From: Salpingoeca rosetta
Taxonomy: Eukaryota > Protista > Choanoflagellata
DNA: 64,000 nt
Direction: 5' to 3'
NCBI GenBank assembly: GCA_033442325.1
Contig: JAWQFM010000004.1
Span: 882,264-946,263 of the forward strand
Below are positions 26,817 through 41,063 of this stretch, one piece after another; within the stretch, counting starts at the first letter, position 1, and every line of letters begins with the position of its first letter. Made by a program: the position numbers and the translations under genes. The notes beneath the pieces are model-generated. The model searched no databases, was not told the DNA's origin, and was given only the letters and a program-made list of their open reading frames with translations.

Positions 26817-28533
26817 ATGAACCCAGACACCAAGAGCACCAAGAGCACGGAGCTGTCAATCGTCTCGACCGCAGGGTGGATCGCTTTGAAGGCGGCCCTG
26901 GACGGCGAAAATGTCGACTACAAGGTCGACCGCCTCCTGGAAAACGGAGCGGTGCACATTGTCTTTGAGTCGGAAGCAGCCGCGCTCAAGGCACACGCCG
27001 TCCTCAGCCGCGGCTGCACAACGCGCTTCCATGCGTCGCCACGGCTCAAGGCACTCGTGCTCCGAGGCAGCAGCGCCGACCCTGCACTGCCACCACAAGC
27101 ACCTCTACCCACACAAGCAACGCAAGCAACGCACGCAACAACGCGTTCGCGAACGCGCCTCCGCCGCCGCTCCCTAAGCGACCCCGCACGCCCGACCTGG
27201 TTGGATTCTCAGCACACGCAGAGTCAGCAGCAAGTTGATCATCCCACACCACAACAGCATCCGCCACAGCATGGCGACTTCGACATGTCCCACGCCACTT
27301 GCCTGCTGCAGCAGTCGTTTGACCTGCACGGCACCCGACGCACGCAGCAAACGCAGCGGTTGACACAACAATGGGGTGATCGTTTTGATGGACGCCACCC
27401 CAGCGCTGCCTTTGGCCCGCGCCAACCACCGCACCCACAGTCGTGGTCGTGGGGCAATGCAGGCCCACACAACGCACCACCATCTGAGCGGGAGCCACAA
27501 GCGAGCGGCCCCAATGGCCACATGCCCCAGCCGCTTGCACGTTACCCACAACCACCACCACAACCAACACAGCAAGCCCCTCCTTGCAACGCACCATACG
27601 CCTTGTGTGCAAGCAACATTCCACCCTCCAACTACGACGCCTTCATGGCCAGCATGCGCCAAGCAGGCGCCTGTTGCGTCGAGCACATTGTCACCAACAC
27701 CATGACCGGCTACTGTTCGGCAACTGTCAGGTGAGGCGTTTTGTGGATGTGGCTGTGGTTGTGGCTGTGATGTGGCTGTGGTTGTGGCTGTGGCGAGCGA
27801 AAGGAAGTGTCAACACACCACCGACACCACCAAAACACACCACCAATACACCACCAACACACACACACACACTTTTGTATGTGTGCGAAGGTAAATGCCA
27901 CCACACCGACCCACATGCATGTATGGTAGGTTTCCCACCAAGGAGCTCGCAAGCCACGCGTTGCAGAACTTTGGCGCATATTTCCGCAGCACCGCCTGTG
28001 GCTCCCACGCGACACCGCGGCTGAACCCCAACGAAGCCTTCCAGGTGCACATCAAGAACCTTCCCGCCTGCTGCCAAGCAGAGCTCAGCGCTCGCGTCAA
28101 CAACCTAAACGGCGTCATCATGTGTCCGCCGGCCCCGGAAGTCACCTACGCTGCCACGGCAGGCTTCCACACCCACACTGACGCATGCCAAGCAGTGGCC
28201 GCATTTAACACCACTCACCTCGGTGGCAGACACCTCGAAGCAGAACCAAACCACCTCGAGGGTGCGTGCGTGCGTGTGTGTGTCGGGGGATGTGTGCGTG
28301 TGTGTGTGTGTGTCTGTGTGTGCGTGTGTGTGTCTGTGTGTGTGTGAGTGAGTGTTCCCTGTGCGTGTGTGTGTGTGTGTCGGAGATGTGTGTGTGAGCG
28401 TTCTTTGTGTGTGTGCGTTGCACAGACGCACTGCAATTTTTCCTTCTTGACGCTTCCCTCACACATGTCTTGCTCTCACGTGATCACAGGTCGATTCGTC
28501 CACATGGACGAGGCAGCAGAGACTACCTTTGCC
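26817..28533 (+). CDS. RRM protein paralog matching exons 1-3 of the 12286-22481 gene; 3' part lost before the gap
   Basis: ESEAAALKAHAVLSR...FHASPRLK matches SSEAAALKAHAVLSR...FHASPKLR. Also ASNIPPSNY...GYCSATVR|FPTKELASHAL...VHIKNLP, with the same intron positions. Confidence 0.7.
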
Positions 28534-28627
28534 GTGAGTGCTTGTGCCGACGTGTGTGTACGTGTGTGTGTGTGCATGTGTGTGTGTGTGTGTGTGCGTG
28601 AAGTGCAGTCACTCGCCTGTCCACCCC

Positions 28628-28751
<124 letters not shown>

Positions 28752-28949
28752 AAAATAGACAGAGACACGGGTGGATGTGGTATCAAGAGCTTCAGCGGGG
28801 TGACGATAGATTCGGGGGAAATCAGCCGTGACTTATTAGGAGGCGATGAGGCAGGGGAGTATGACTACTCGGACTAGACCCCTAGATCGCTAAGAGAGGG
28901 ATTAGGAAACAAACACACCGGCCCCGTGGGTTTTCGCCCGGAAATAAAA

Positions 28950-29049
28950 NNNNNNNNNNNNNNNNNNNNNNNNNNNNNNNNNNNNNNNNNNNNNNNNNNN
29001 NNNNNNNNNNNNNNNNNNNNNNNNNNNNNNNNNNNNNNNNNNNNNNNNN
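28950..29049. other. Assembly gap (100 N)
   Basis: N run, followed by a (GAA)n(CAA)n tract at 29050-29130. Confidence 1.
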
Positions 29050-29609
29050 AAGAAGAAGAAGAAGAAGAAGAAGAAGAAGAAGAAGAAGAAGAAGAAGAAG
29101 AAGAACAACAACAACAACAACAACAACAACCACGAAGTGATGCATGCTGTCTATTGTGGTGTGGTGATCATGCAACTGTTTATTCTCATGCTTGGCTGTT
29201 CAGATACCCTGAAGCTGTTCAAATGCACGTTTGAGTGTGCCCCGTGTCCATGTGCAAGTAGGCGAGTGTGTTCTTGTGAGTATGTGTTCGTGCTGCTTGC
29301 AAATCCCGTCATCCTCTCCAGTACACGCTCGTTTCGCATTTGTCAAATGTATGGTACGGCAGCACGCAAGAAACCAACGGCATTCACACGCAAAGCAAAG
29401 CAGCAAGAAGGCAAGCCACAATGCCACCACCACGTTCACAATGTGGCGCCCCCAACACGAGTGTCCCCACTCTTGTCCCGTTCCTTGACTTTGACTATCT
29501 GCGTGTGAGTGTGGTCAGTTTGTACTTCGTCGGATCTCAATACACAGCTGAGGCCTCACAAGAAAAAATACAGATTGATGAAGAACCGAAGATTGATCAC
29601 ACATGTGCT

Positions 29610-29694
<85 letters not shown>

Positions 29695-29757
29695 ACAGAC
29701 ACACAGACACACACACACACAGACACACACACAGATATGCACACACACACATACACA

Positions 29758-31026
29758 TCAGCACCCCGGGTCAATGACGAGGACTGACTCGGCATCATGT
29801 GGAATGCCGTAGATGAGGCCGTTTGGTGCGAGTATGCCATCGTACCACTTGTGGCTCCCAGCAAGATCGCTGATTAACGTGACGTCGATTGCATTTGTAG
29901 ATGGATCAATGATGAGGACGGATGAGGAGTCGAATGGAATGCCAACGATGTTGCCGTTGGGTGCGAGTTCACCGCCAACCCACTTCTCAAAGCCCGTCGC
30001 ATCTGCAACAACCTTGTCGGTGGCATTGGTGGCTGGGTTGATGACGAGCATCGTCGCAGACTGGTATGGGATCGTGTAAACCAGGCCGCTGCGTGCAAGC
30101 ACACCGCCATACCACTTGGCGTTTGTATCGAAGCCGCTGATGGTGGTGAGGTCTATTGTCAGAGACTTTGGGTTGATGATGAGGACAGAGGAAGCTGATG
30201 CCGGAATGCAGTAGATAAGACCGTTGCCTGCCTGCACTCCGCCATACCATTTGTTCGTCTGGCTCGGGAGCCCAGACAGCGTGGTGAGGTCGGCTGTGTT
30301 TGTTTCTGGATCAATGATCAGCACCAAGGTTGCAGAATACGGGATGCCGAAGATGAGGCCGTTGCTTGCCACCATACCACTGTACCACTTGAGGCTACCA
30401 GAATCAAGTGAGTCGATGCTTGACGTGTCAAAGGTGTTAGTGTCTGGGTCAATGATGAGCATCGTCTCCCTGTTTGAAGCGAACATGTAGATGAGGCCGT
30501 TGTGTGCCAGCACTGCACCAGCCCATTTGTAGTTGTCCGTTCCAAGTCCGGAGATTGTTGTTGTGTCGACAGTGTTGGTGGCGGGGTCGATGATGAGCAC
30601 AGAGGGCGAGTTCCGAGGTGCGGCATAGATCAGGCCGTTGTTCGCCAAAGCGCCACCCAGCCACTTTGCACCCATTGAACCAACTTGCCCAAACGTCCAG
30701 GCCCTTGGTCTTGCCAGACGACACAGCCGCTCGACAGTGCTTTGCTGTGCAGCATTGATACCCTGCTGTGCATCGATCGTGCTCTGCTGCATTGAGACTG
30801 TCCGCAACAGCGTGCTGAGCGTCTCATGCACATTCACGCCATTCACAAACACTGGCTGGCTCATTGGATTGCTCGTGTTGATGTGAAGCGCGCCCGCATC
30901 ATCCTCCACCAGCGTCACCTCTCCAACAACGCTGAGGATGGATGGCATCCAGCACACTGCCACCGCCACCAGCAGCACGGGGAGCAGCAGCATTCTGTGT
31001 GCCTGCAGGCACCCCATCGTTCTCAT
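29758..31026 (-). CDS. Intronless secreted protein: signal peptide, stalk/coiled coil, seven ~45-aa KWxGGVLAxNGxIYxIP repeats (predicted 7-bladed beta-propeller), copy 1
   Basis: Hydrophobic [15 protein letters not shown], then [14 protein letters not shown], then a QQSTIDAQQ heptad stretch, then 7 repeats ending VIDPGC*. Confidence 0.8.
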   Translation of the reverse strand: MRTMGCLQAHRMLLLPVLLVAVAVCWMPSILSVVGEVTLVEDDAGALHINTSNPMSQPVFVNGVNVHETLSTLLRTVSMQQSTIDAQQGINAAQQSTVERLCRLARPRAWTFGQVGSMGAKWLGGALANNGLIYAAPRNSPSVLIIDPATNTVDTTTISGLGTDNYKWAGAVLAHNGLIYMFASNRETMLIIDPDTNTFDTSSIDSLDSGSLKWYSGMVASNGLIFGIPYSATLVLIIDPETNTADLTTLSGLPSQTNKWYGGVQAGNGLIYCIPASASSVLIINPKSLTIDLTTISGFDTNAKWYGGVLARSGLVYTIPYQSATMLVINPATNATDKVVADATGFEKWVGGELAPNGNIVGIPFDSSSVLIIDPSTNAIDVTLISDLAGSHKWYDGILAPNGLIYGIPHDAESVLVIDPGC

Positions 31027-31815
31027 CGCACAAGAAGAGTGGAAGAGGAGGAGAAGAAGGAAAGAACAGAAGTAGAAGTTAACTGTGCCTCCCTCCTTCC
31101 TCGTTCGTGTGTCTGTTTGCAGGACAGGCGCAGCACCAAGAGAAACGAAGACAGCAGGATTGGTGGTTGTTTGTTGTTTGTGGCGTTTTGGCTGGTTGTG
31201 GTTGTGGACGATTGTTGGATTGGATTTCCAGCCACACACAAGCAAGTTCACTGTTGTTGTGTTGTGTTGTTGTGGGAAGGATGAAGCACGTTGACATGAA
31301 ACGCATCCATCATCCCTCAGGCTTCCATCCAACATGCTTCCTTCCACTCAGCCTTCCCTTCATCAGCTCATCACTGGACCAACAAGGACAGAGCACACAC
31401 GGCACACGATGTCGGTGTCTTGCTGCGTTGTACCCACACCACGGCTTCATCACGCAGTGCAAAAGAAGGGCGTGAGTTGAACACATGTCAAGGAGACAGG
31501 CATCGTGACCGAAGACGACCTGTTCATCCACAGGAGTGTGCGTGTGTGTGAGTGAGTGAGAGGTCATTGCATTGCATTGCATTGCATTGCATTGCATTAC
31601 ATTGCTCAGCCTTATCTGCGCAACACGCGCAAACGCATACGCACACATTACTCCAACGACACATGCTCATGTCCGTCTTCCTCTCTTCCATCACCCCCAG
31701 CTTGTGCTGGTGCACCTTTCCTCCTCTCGTGTCTGACGTCGTGTCGCTCTCGTTCCCCGCCACCACCTTCTCCACGCTGCCTCGTGCATTTCCACGCAAC
31801 ATTCGGTCACACATT

Positions 31816-32430
31816 ACTGCCACCGCCACCAGCAGCACGGGGAGCAGCAGCATTCTGTGTGCCTGCAGGCACCCCATCGTTCTCATCGCACAAGAAGAGT
31901 GGAAGAGGAGGAGAAGAAGGAAAGAACAGAAGTAGAAGTTAACTGTGCCTCCCTCCTTCCTCGTTCGTGTGTCTGTTTGCAGGACAGGCGCAGCACCAAG
32001 AGAAACGAAGACAGCAGGATTGGTGGTTGTTTGTTGTTTGTGGCGTTTTGGCTGGTTGTGGTTGTGGACGATTGTTGGATTGGATTTCCAGCCACACACA
32101 AGCAAGTTCACTGTTGTTGTGTTGTGTTGTTGTGGGAAGGATGAAGCACGTTGACATGAAACGCATCCATCATCCCTCAGGCTTCCATCCAACATGCTTC
32201 CTTCCACTCAGCCTTCCCTTCCTTCATCAGCTCATCACTGGACCAACAAGGACAGAGCACACACGGCACACGATGTCGGTGTCTTGCTGTGTTGTACCCC
32301 CCACCACGGCTTTATCACGCAGTGCAAAAGAAGGGCGTGAATTGAACATATGTGAGGGAGGCAGACACTTGTGACCGAAGAATACACTGCTCAAACACAG
32401 GTGTGTGCGTGTGTGTGTGAGTGTGTGACT
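31816..32430 (-). repeat. Partial tandem duplication (offset 860 bp) of the 5' end and upstream region of propeller copy 1
   Basis: Near-identical to 30956 onward; encodes only the signal-peptide fragment. Confidence 0.85.
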
Positions 32431-32569
32431 GCCTGTCTTTCGATCGTTCTCTCCCCACACTCGATCCTGCGTCCCTTCCCATCTCCCCTCCACACACACA
32501 CACACACACACACACTCACTCACTCACTCACTCACTCACTGGCCTGCAACGCTTCCTTTCTTGTCACAG

Positions 32570-33640
32570 ATCTATGCACCGTTGCAAGGCTGATGAATCG
32601 TACATGCTGACCCCCGACAAAAGCCCGCATTGCCGCCCATTTCACTGCCGACGACGTTGTCTGCATCGCCAAGGAGCAAAAGTGTGTGCGTGTGTGTGTG
32701 TGTGGTTAAGAAGGGTTAAGAAGCGTGCATCTGCTGTGATCTACAACACTCATCACCACCGACATCCGCGCTCATGCCCATGCCCATGCACGCGCATCCC
32801 ATTTGTGTTTTCAGGGTTGTTAAGGTTGCCTCTTCCCCACGCTGCCTTCCGATGTCCGCCAACACCTCTGCCAGGTTTGCCTCATGTGCATGTGTGTGTG
32901 TGCTCGTGCTTGTGTTTGTGCTGCGGTCACGACAAACGCACCTCACCTGTGATCGTCACTCAACCCCTATTCCTCTCCTCTCTCTCTCTCTCTCACGTCT
33001 GCTACTTCCCTCCCTCTCCCTTCCCCCCTCTCCTGCGTTCAGGACGCTGTAGCCATTGGCCACTCCCTCAACCACCGCAACGCCGGCACCGTCGAGTTCC
33101 TCGTGGACACATCCGATGGCCGGTGAGCCGGTGTGGTGTTGGGGGTGGAGATGTAGATGTTGTGTTGTGGTGCGTGCATGCACTGTTTTGGTGTTGACAA
33201 ACATAATCGCACCTGCCCCAACGCTCACATCAACCACCCAACGTGCGCAATAGTGTGGTGCAGCCATTGTTTCATGGAGGTGAACCTGCGCATCCAAGTC
33301 GAGCACACTTTCACGGAAATTGTGAGCTGTGGTGGTCTGTTGAAGCAGCACTGTCGATGGTACTTTGCCCACTTTGACGTTTGTAGCGCACTGGTCTGCT
33401 TCATTCCTCCCCACTTCACTTACACTTCCTCCATCATGTCCTTCCTCTCCTTCTCCCTCCTTTAGTCTTCCCACCAAGTGACTGGCATTGACGTTGTGCA
33501 ATCGCAGCTGAAGTTTGCTGGCGGCGCGACGCTGCAAGAACTCGAGCTCGAACAGGACACAATTGCCACCTGCGGATTCAGCATCAACGCGCGCATCACC
33601 ACGAAGGACCCGCTCAACGACTCTTTGGCCCTGATACAGG
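32570..33640 (+). pseudogene. Pyruvate carboxylase (biotin carboxylase domain) fragment, intron-containing, frameshifted and internally deleted
   Basis: MHRCKADESYML; NAGTVEFLVD; FMEVNLRIQVEHTFTEI; VTGIDVVQSQL...INARITTKDP. Confidence 0.8.
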
Positions 33641-33789
33641 TGCACATGCGCTTGCGTGCGTGTGTTGGATTGAAGGATGGGAGAGAGAGAGGATTGATAG
33701 AAGCTCGTTTCCTCTTGGGAAAGGGGCACCAGTGGCGGGTGTAAGGTCCCGAAGGCACGATTCTTTTCCTTCTCAACACTTCTTACCCC

Positions 33790-34567
33790 TCGGCACCCAT
33801 CATCACCCACGACCACGCGCAGCGGTACGAACCATTCACCCGGCAGCCGCCAGTCGGCCGCGACCTGGAGCCATACACAACAGCAGCACCACAACCACCG
33901 GCACATGGCGACGAGAAGGATGAGGGTGATGAGGCGTCGCTTGGGCCGTTTGACGTGCTCGTGCACCACATGGGCATGCTTGAGCTGGTGCGCGCGCTCC
34001 TTGGCAAGCAGCAAGGAGTCATCAGCATCACACCACTGGACGAGTAGCAGGGGCAGGTTGCCCGCGTCAGGTGAGCTGCTGCTCGGTGGTGGTGATGGGT
34101 GTGGTAGTAATGTGGTAAAGTTGAGGGATTGTAACCGGTTGAGGAGGTGTTCGTTGCATGCGAGGATCATGATGGGAATGACGACATGTGGTGGCGGGTA
34201 ATGATGCGAGGATGCGACAGTCAAGTACTCATCATGCTTGTCTAATTCCTCTCTACATCCCGCACCGATACACCCTCAACTCATTCAAACACGTAACACA
34301 CATGTGCAGCTGCGCGACGCGTAAGGTTGGCGAGCGCGTCCTGAGGGAGATGACTGACTTCCCGATTGGGCAGGTGCAGCTGACGGCCCGCCACGACCCG
34401 GACTGCCCCGCCTGGACGGCGGACGAGCTGTGGTCCGTGTGGGTTGAGCCCGTGCCCGAAGGTCTTGAGGAGGTGCTGCCCTCGCTCGCCAAGGCAAACA
34501 GTGGCTTTCACTCCCACACATACAAGCCGGACGGTAACCGCGTCAGGGGCACATTCAGGTAGGCGAT

Positions 34568-34611
<44 letters not shown>

Positions 34612-37600
34612 ATACGTGCACAGACGCTCCTGCAACTCCATTCTGCATGAGCATGCGTGCGCTTCCCTCAACCACGTCCTCAACCAACCAACCAACTCCC
34701 CCTGCAACAGGTTTGTGTCACGGGAGAGCGCGGAGCTGATGGTCCGCCTGTACGACCAGCGGGAGGTGCTGGGCACGAAGCTCAACGTGTTCCCAGACCC
34801 AAAGGCAAAGAACTGGAAGAGCAAGGGCAAGGACTCCACGTCCTCCTCCCCTGCGTCCCCAACATCCATCACGCCGGCGCCTGTTGCGGGCCAGGCAAAG
34901 CGCATCACGTTCTACCTGAGCGAGGCAGCCAGGAAGCGTGACCGCAAGGGCTTGACTGCCGCCATGCCCTGGCCCACCGACACGTACCGCAGCGTGCAGG
35001 CGACGCTGGAGCGCGCTGGCGTCAACTTCCAGTCGCTGCAGGTCTTTCTGGACATGCGCTGTGCAAGCGTTGACGTGGTTGCCGACAGCGAGGAGGCGTT
35101 CCGGAGCCTGCTGCCACTGCCCATTGACACGGCGGGGGCCTGTCGTCTGGAGGCGCGGCAGGCACCGCTGCACCGCATTGTCGTCACCTGTACCCCGCAC
35201 AGCAAGCCCACCACGGGCCGCGACATTGTGCAGGCGGTTGAGACGAACTTTGGCGACACGGCGAAGCTTGTTCCCATCCCGCAGTCCCTCAAGGACACGC
35301 TGTCCCACATCCAGCCGTTTGCCAGCACGCGCATAACTGAACAAGAACAAGAACAAGGAGCACAGCAGCAGTGTGAAGGTGGTAGTGAGGCACACGATGC
35401 TGATGCGATGCCAAATGCTGTGCACGACCCTCATCAGTACAAGAGAGACGGCGATGCTGACAGCGACGACAGCGACGACAGCAAGAGCAGCGGCACGTCC
35501 TCTGAGACCACGCTGCAGCGCGTGTTTGTGCTGGAGATAACAGACACGCGTGCGGCGCATGCGTGTGTCCGCAGGAGGCAGTTTGCCACCTCTGTCTCGC
35601 ACAAGTTTGTGGCGCGCCTGTGCTACCCGAACGACGTGCACGTGGCTGTGCTCGACCCCAAGCTGAGCGGCCTCCTGTCGGACCTCGTCGAGGCGTTCAA
35701 CAAGAGCAGCGTGGCCAAGGACCTTGATGTGCTGGCGGCTGCAACCACAAATAACCGCATCTGCTTCACGAGCAGCACCGCCGTGCTGGTGTGGTCGCAG
35801 GCCAAGCTGCTTGCAAGCTTCCTCGCGCCGGCCTACCACCCGTTTGCCCGCAGCGACCGCGTGCTGGGCGACGACAAGGTCATGGAGCACGTGCTGAACG
35901 ACTACGGCTTCAAGCTGGTCCGCTACCCGACGCTTGGCCTGCTGCCCTACGCAGACACGGCACACGGGGCCATGCGGGATGTGTGAAGTTTGTGCTGCCG
36001 CCGCCCGTCACCAGCACCCCGCCCATCGCATCGCCCGTGGCACCCCAGTAGGCGCTGATGCACACGCGCGACCTGGACGGCGCCGCGTCATGCTGCTGGA
36101 GTACTCGCTGTACTACTACCTGGACCAGGACAGGGAGCGCGGGCTCAGCTACATCAACAGCACCGTCGGCGCCAACATCAAGTCGCAGACGACGATCAGC
36201 GTCACGGGCATGCAATACCGCTTCCTGGACTCGCAGCTGCTTGAGCTGGCCCGAAAGTTCCGCGTGTATGTGCGCAAGCCCAGCGCGGAGGGCAGGGACG
36301 CATGCGCCTCAAGCGTGCCCGTGAGCGTGACGGTGGAGGGCATGCAGCGGCAGCTGACGGCGTTTGACAACGCGGTGCAGGACACGCTCAAGGAGCACCT
36401 GTGCCACGTGCTCGGGCTGCCGGTCATTGACACGTCGCACGTGCCGGAGATGACCGAGGCGGACGTCACCTTCCTGAAGCGCAAGCTGTTCAATTACCTG
36501 ACCAAGGCCAGCCGCACCGTGTGCCGCAGCAAATACGGCGTGGTGAGCTATGTTGCGCCGCAGGACGTGATTGGCACGCCCTCTGAGCGCAACGTGTGGA
36601 TGGTGGCTGGCCGGCGCGATGTGATGCAGACGGTCATCCCGACGATGGAGTCGACGTTCCGCACCATTGCCCACATCCGGCCCACGCGCTACGTGTGCCA
36701 GATGCCGGTGTCCGTGGCCAAGGAGCTGAAGCGTCTGCGCAAGAAGGCGTTGGTGCTGATGCCAGTTATACCGCAAGCACGGGCGCTGCTTCGGCAAATT
36801 CTGCTGGCACTGCTGCTGGCGACGATGGTGTTGGCTTGAGTGAGCGGACCGCGTACACAGGAGTGGGATCACAACAGCGAGCACAAGGTACTTATGATTC
36901 TGGCAGGGGTGACAGCCTGTCGACCTCAGTGCCCACGCAGTGCTTGAAGGCTCGGGCATGGAGATGGCGGCGGCATCGGAAGTGGTGTTGCTGACAGCAT
37001 GTGAGAGGCTGTTCCCGGCCAAGGTGAAGCAGGCCGTGTGGGGGTAGAGCTGTACCTGTACCACACCATCAGCGAGACGCTGCCCGTGGTGCAGCTGCAC
37101 GCGGAGATTTGCGAGGGAAGCATCAACAACGACCGCGACATGAACGCCGAGAGGAGCGGTCCCCTGCGGTACAACGAGGCGCGCGTGACCACGTCCGGTC
37201 CGCTGGCCCTCTCGTCCAGCATTGAGCACGTGCTGTACGTGGTTGCGCCAAACTATGTGCCCGAGTTTGGCAGCAAGGTGACGCAGACGGCTGCGGACCT
37301 GAAGACGGCGTTCCGCGCGCTGCTGACGACGGCGCGGGACAACAACATCCGCTCGCTCGCCACGTGCGCGCTCGGCTGCGGCGCCCTCCGCTGCTCCCCA
37401 TTCGCGTCTGCGCGCGAGATGCCCAAGGAGATGACAAAGCCGTGCGGGCGCTTCCCCGACAAGTACCTGCACAAGGGACACTACAAGATGAGTGAGGAAG
37501 ACGCCGCCCGCGTGGTGGCCGATGCGCGTGCAACCGCGGCTGCGGAGGATGAGCGCAACATGCGCCGGACGGTTGATCCAGATGTCCTGCAGCGGTGGCT

Positions 37601-38860
37601 GGAATACAAGAATCGCAAGGCGCGGAAGTTGGTGTGCTTCTTCAAAATCTAGTGGTTGACCGGTACTTCACGGTGGACTTCCAGGAACACTGGGTGTACA
37701 TGAGTGGAGCACGTGGGCATGCACGTGAACGACCTGCGCCTGACATTGAGCGCGTGCGGCGGGTGGTGGACGAGCAGCGGTCGAAGCTGAAGCCACAGGC
37801 CATCTTTGAGATTCCTGACCGCTGGGACATGCGCGAGGGTCAGCTGCTTGTTGATGTAACCAACGAGGGCGAGCTGGGCCGCGTGCGCGCGCTGTTGGAG
37901 CCGCTTCGGCCCCGAAACCTGCTCATGCAGCGTGTGCAGAACGTGTCGCTGTTCAAGCGGTACTTGGAGAGCGTGCACCGCGTGTACTGGCGGCCCGCGC
38001 CACCAAGCCTGCCCAACGACATTGCGCCGCTCTCTGGCGACGATGACGACTACAACGTGTTTGAGCACCACTTGCTGCACGTCATCTGCAAGAGCGAGCT
38101 TGGCCTGGCCATAATTACGCCAGTGCGGAGGGCTACTTTGGCTCAGGCCTGTACTTCAGCCGCGACCCGTCGTTTGCTGTCAAGTATGGCCACCACGAGG
38201 GCAGCGCAACAGACAAGAACGACACCACCAGCGAGCGGCGCGTGTATGTCGATGTGTCGGCGCCCCAGTCGAATGACGTTGCTGTTGGCGTTGCTGATGA
38301 TGATGTCGCTGCAACTGCTGTTTCTGCTGCTGCTGCTCGCCATGGTGGTGACGAAGGAGAAGGAATTGGCCGAGCTGCCGCGAGTGAAGAGAGTGAAGGC
38401 ACCTCGGGTGGTGCTGAGAGTGCTGGTGGATGCATGACTGCTTCTGCTGCTGCTGGGAGCGTGTTGTACGATTCCGTTTGCGGTTTCGACGGCGATACGG
38501 AGATGTTTGTCATCTACGACAACGGCATGTGCTACCCGAAGTACATCATCTCCTTTGACGATGATGCTGTTGATGTGGAGGGGGAAGTGAACGGGGACGA
38601 GGAGGATGCGGAAGAAGGATTAGTCGCGCCAGTCGTCGGGGAGGGGGAGAGTGATGATGACCGTGGAGATGATGCTACTGCGAACGTGGAAGATGCTGGA
38701 GTGAGGGCATGCGACTCACGGCTGGGGATGAGGATGGTGGTGATGATGGTCGTGATGGTCCTGGTCACGGTGGCGATCAATCACAACGACCTTCGCCACC
38801 CCACAACGATGTTTCTGGTGATGGTGCTGTCGCTGGGAACAACGGCTATGGGGTGAACGG
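33790..38860 (+). pseudogene. Inverted degenerate copy of the PARP14-like gene ending in a PARP catalytic domain
   Basis: Closely similar to the reverse complement of ~14064-19900, with stops (35984-35986, 36048-36050), frameshifts and deletions. The 3' part has QRVQNVSLFKRY, GYFGSGLYFS and YDSVCG...EMFVIYDNGMCYPKYIISF. Confidence 0.85.
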
Positions 38861-39764
38861 AATCAGAGGCAGCCCCCACCCCAACAACAATAATCCCAAC
38901 AACAACAACCAGAACATTCTTGGCAACGCCAGCTAACGTATCTGTCTCAGCCTTGGCTACAGTCAGGTCGCTGCTGGTACCTTCTTGAACGACTAAGCTA
39001 GGCTAGCGACAGGTGGGTTCGTTTGGTGTTGGCCTGTTTTGTGTTTGTTCTTCTCCCCCCCCCTTCTTTCCTGTTCTTTGTTGGTGTTGCTGTGCAAGAC
39101 TGCACAACGTGTTGCTGTGCAAGACTGCACACGCCGTTTGTCATTCACACATTCCTTGGAGCTAACCAAGCTCACGTTTGGTGCGTGTGTGTGTATTTGA
39201 CTGTTGAACCATCTTAACTTCTTTCTTCTTTGTCGTGTCTTGTGCCAGTGGATACATGCTCGCACTCAGCGCATTCGGTCTTGATTGAGTGTGCGCGTTG
39301 CTGACAAGCTTAACCGTGGCAGTTGTCGTGAACTAAAATGCAATGAAATGATACACGTGTATGAGCCGAACAATGAAGGCATAGCGCGTGGGTGGAAGAG
39401 AGGGTGGGGGTGTGTAAATGTGCGGTTAAATCCGTGTTGAACCCCATGCTGATGTCACGTGGATGAATGTTCATTGGCTTGCGTGCTGATGATTCGAAGA
39501 ACTGTGGTTGCCTTGTTGTCCTGGAAGTGTTGTCTCTTTTCCCCCTCATGATCACTTCGCGTTGCACAGTTGTGGAACAGCTTCTTCCACTATCACAATG
39601 CATGCACATACTCGGTTGAGGTTGAGGTTGTTTCAATTTGAAGTAAAAGAACGATGAGCAGCGGCAGGTACACAGGACGCTGTCACAGGGTTGAGGGAAG
39701 GAAGAAGAAAGATGCAAAAACGGCACGCAAGTGTTCGCACGCACACAGACACGCGCGGCAACAA

Positions 39765-41063
39765 TTAGCATCCCGGGTCAATGACAAGGACAGATTCTGC
39801 GCCGCGTGGGATGCCATAGACGACGCCGTTGTTGGCGAGCACGCCATCATGCCACTTGAAGCCCCCGCCAAGATTGTTGATGGTCGTGGTATCGGTGGTG
39901 TTGGTGCTTGGATCGAAGATGAGGACGGCTGAAGAGTCGTGCGGGATGCCAATGACGTTGCCATTGGGCGCGAGCACACCGCCAATCCACTTTGCAGAGG
40001 TGCTTTCCTCCGCGACAAGTACCTCCCCAGTGGCGTTGGTGGCTGGGTTGACGACGAGCATCGTCGCAAAACGAAATGGGATGCCGTAGATGAGGCCATT
40101 GCCTGCAAGCACGGCGCCTCGCCACTTTGCGTTTGTACTGAAGCCACTGATGGTGGTAAGGTCCATTGTCAGTGACTCTGGGTTGATGATGAGGACGGAG
40201 GAAGCTGTGACAGGCAGACAGTAGATGAGGCCGTTGTCGGTCTGAACACCGCCATACCATTTGAACAGCTGGGTCGACAGCCCGGACAGCGTGGTGATGT
40301 CTGTCGTGTTTGTCTCTGGATCAATGATCAACACAGACGTGGCAGAGTACGGAATGCCGAAAATGGGGCCATTGCTCGCCACCACGCCACTAAACCACTT
40401 GTTTTCGCCGGCCCCAAGGGAGTGCATGCTTGATGTGTCAAAGGCGTTGGTGTCTGGGTCGATGATGAGCATCGTCTCTCTGTCTGATGCAAACATGTAA
40501 ATGAGGCCGCTGTGTGCCAGCACAGCGCCAGCCCACTTGTTTGAGTCCGTTCCCACACCTGAGATTGTGGTCGTATCGACGGTGTGGCTGCTGGGGTCGA
40601 TGATGAGAACAGAAGGAGAGTGGTATGGTACGGCATAGATCAGGCCGTTGTGTGCCAGCACACCGCCAAGCCACTTATTTCCGCCCGAGCCGAGCTGCCC
40701 AAACGTGCTGGCACTCGGGGTGCACACTTCCCCACGGACACGGTCGATCGCCCTCTGCTGGGCATTGATTGCGCTCTGTTGTGCATCGATTGTACTTTGC
40801 TGGGCAGCGTTGATTCTAAGTTGCTCCGAAACGGTACTCATGAGCGTCCTGAGCGTCTCGTGCACATTCACGCCGTTCACAAGCACGGGCTGGCTCATTG
40901 GATCGCTGGTGTTGATGTGAAACGCGCCCGCATCATCCTCCACCAGCGTCACCTCTCCAACAACGCTGCTGATGAGCGGCATCCAGCACACTGCCGCCGC
41001 CACCACCAGTAGCACGGGGAGCAGCACCAACCCACGTGCCTGCAGGCACCCCATCGTTCTCAT
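39765..41063 (-). CDS. Intronless secreted 7-repeat beta-propeller protein, copy 2
   Basis: Same architecture as copy 1 with an intact ORF ending VIDPGC*; upstream region 41330-41830 is also shared with copy 1. Confidence 0.8.
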   Translation of the reverse strand: MRTMGCLQARGLVLLPVLLVVAAAVCWMPLISSVVGEVTLVEDDAGAFHINTSDPMSQPVLVNGVNVHETLRTLMSTVSEQLRINAAQQSTIDAQQSAINAQQRAIDRVRGEVCTPSASTFGQLGSGGNKWLGGVLAHNGLIYAVPYHSPSVLIIDPSSHTVDTTTISGVGTDSNKWAGAVLAHSGLIYMFASDRETMLIIDPDTNAFDTSSMHSLGAGENKWFSGVVASNGPIFGIPYSATSVLIIDPETNTTDITTLSGLSTQLFKWYGGVQTDNGLIYCLPVTASSVLIINPESLTMDLTTISGFSTNAKWRGAVLAGNGLIYGIPFRFATMLVVNPATNATGEVLVAEESTSAKWIGGVLAPNGNVIGIPHDSSAVLIFDPSTNTTDTTTINNLGGGFKWHDGVLANNGVVYGIPRGAESVLVIDPGC

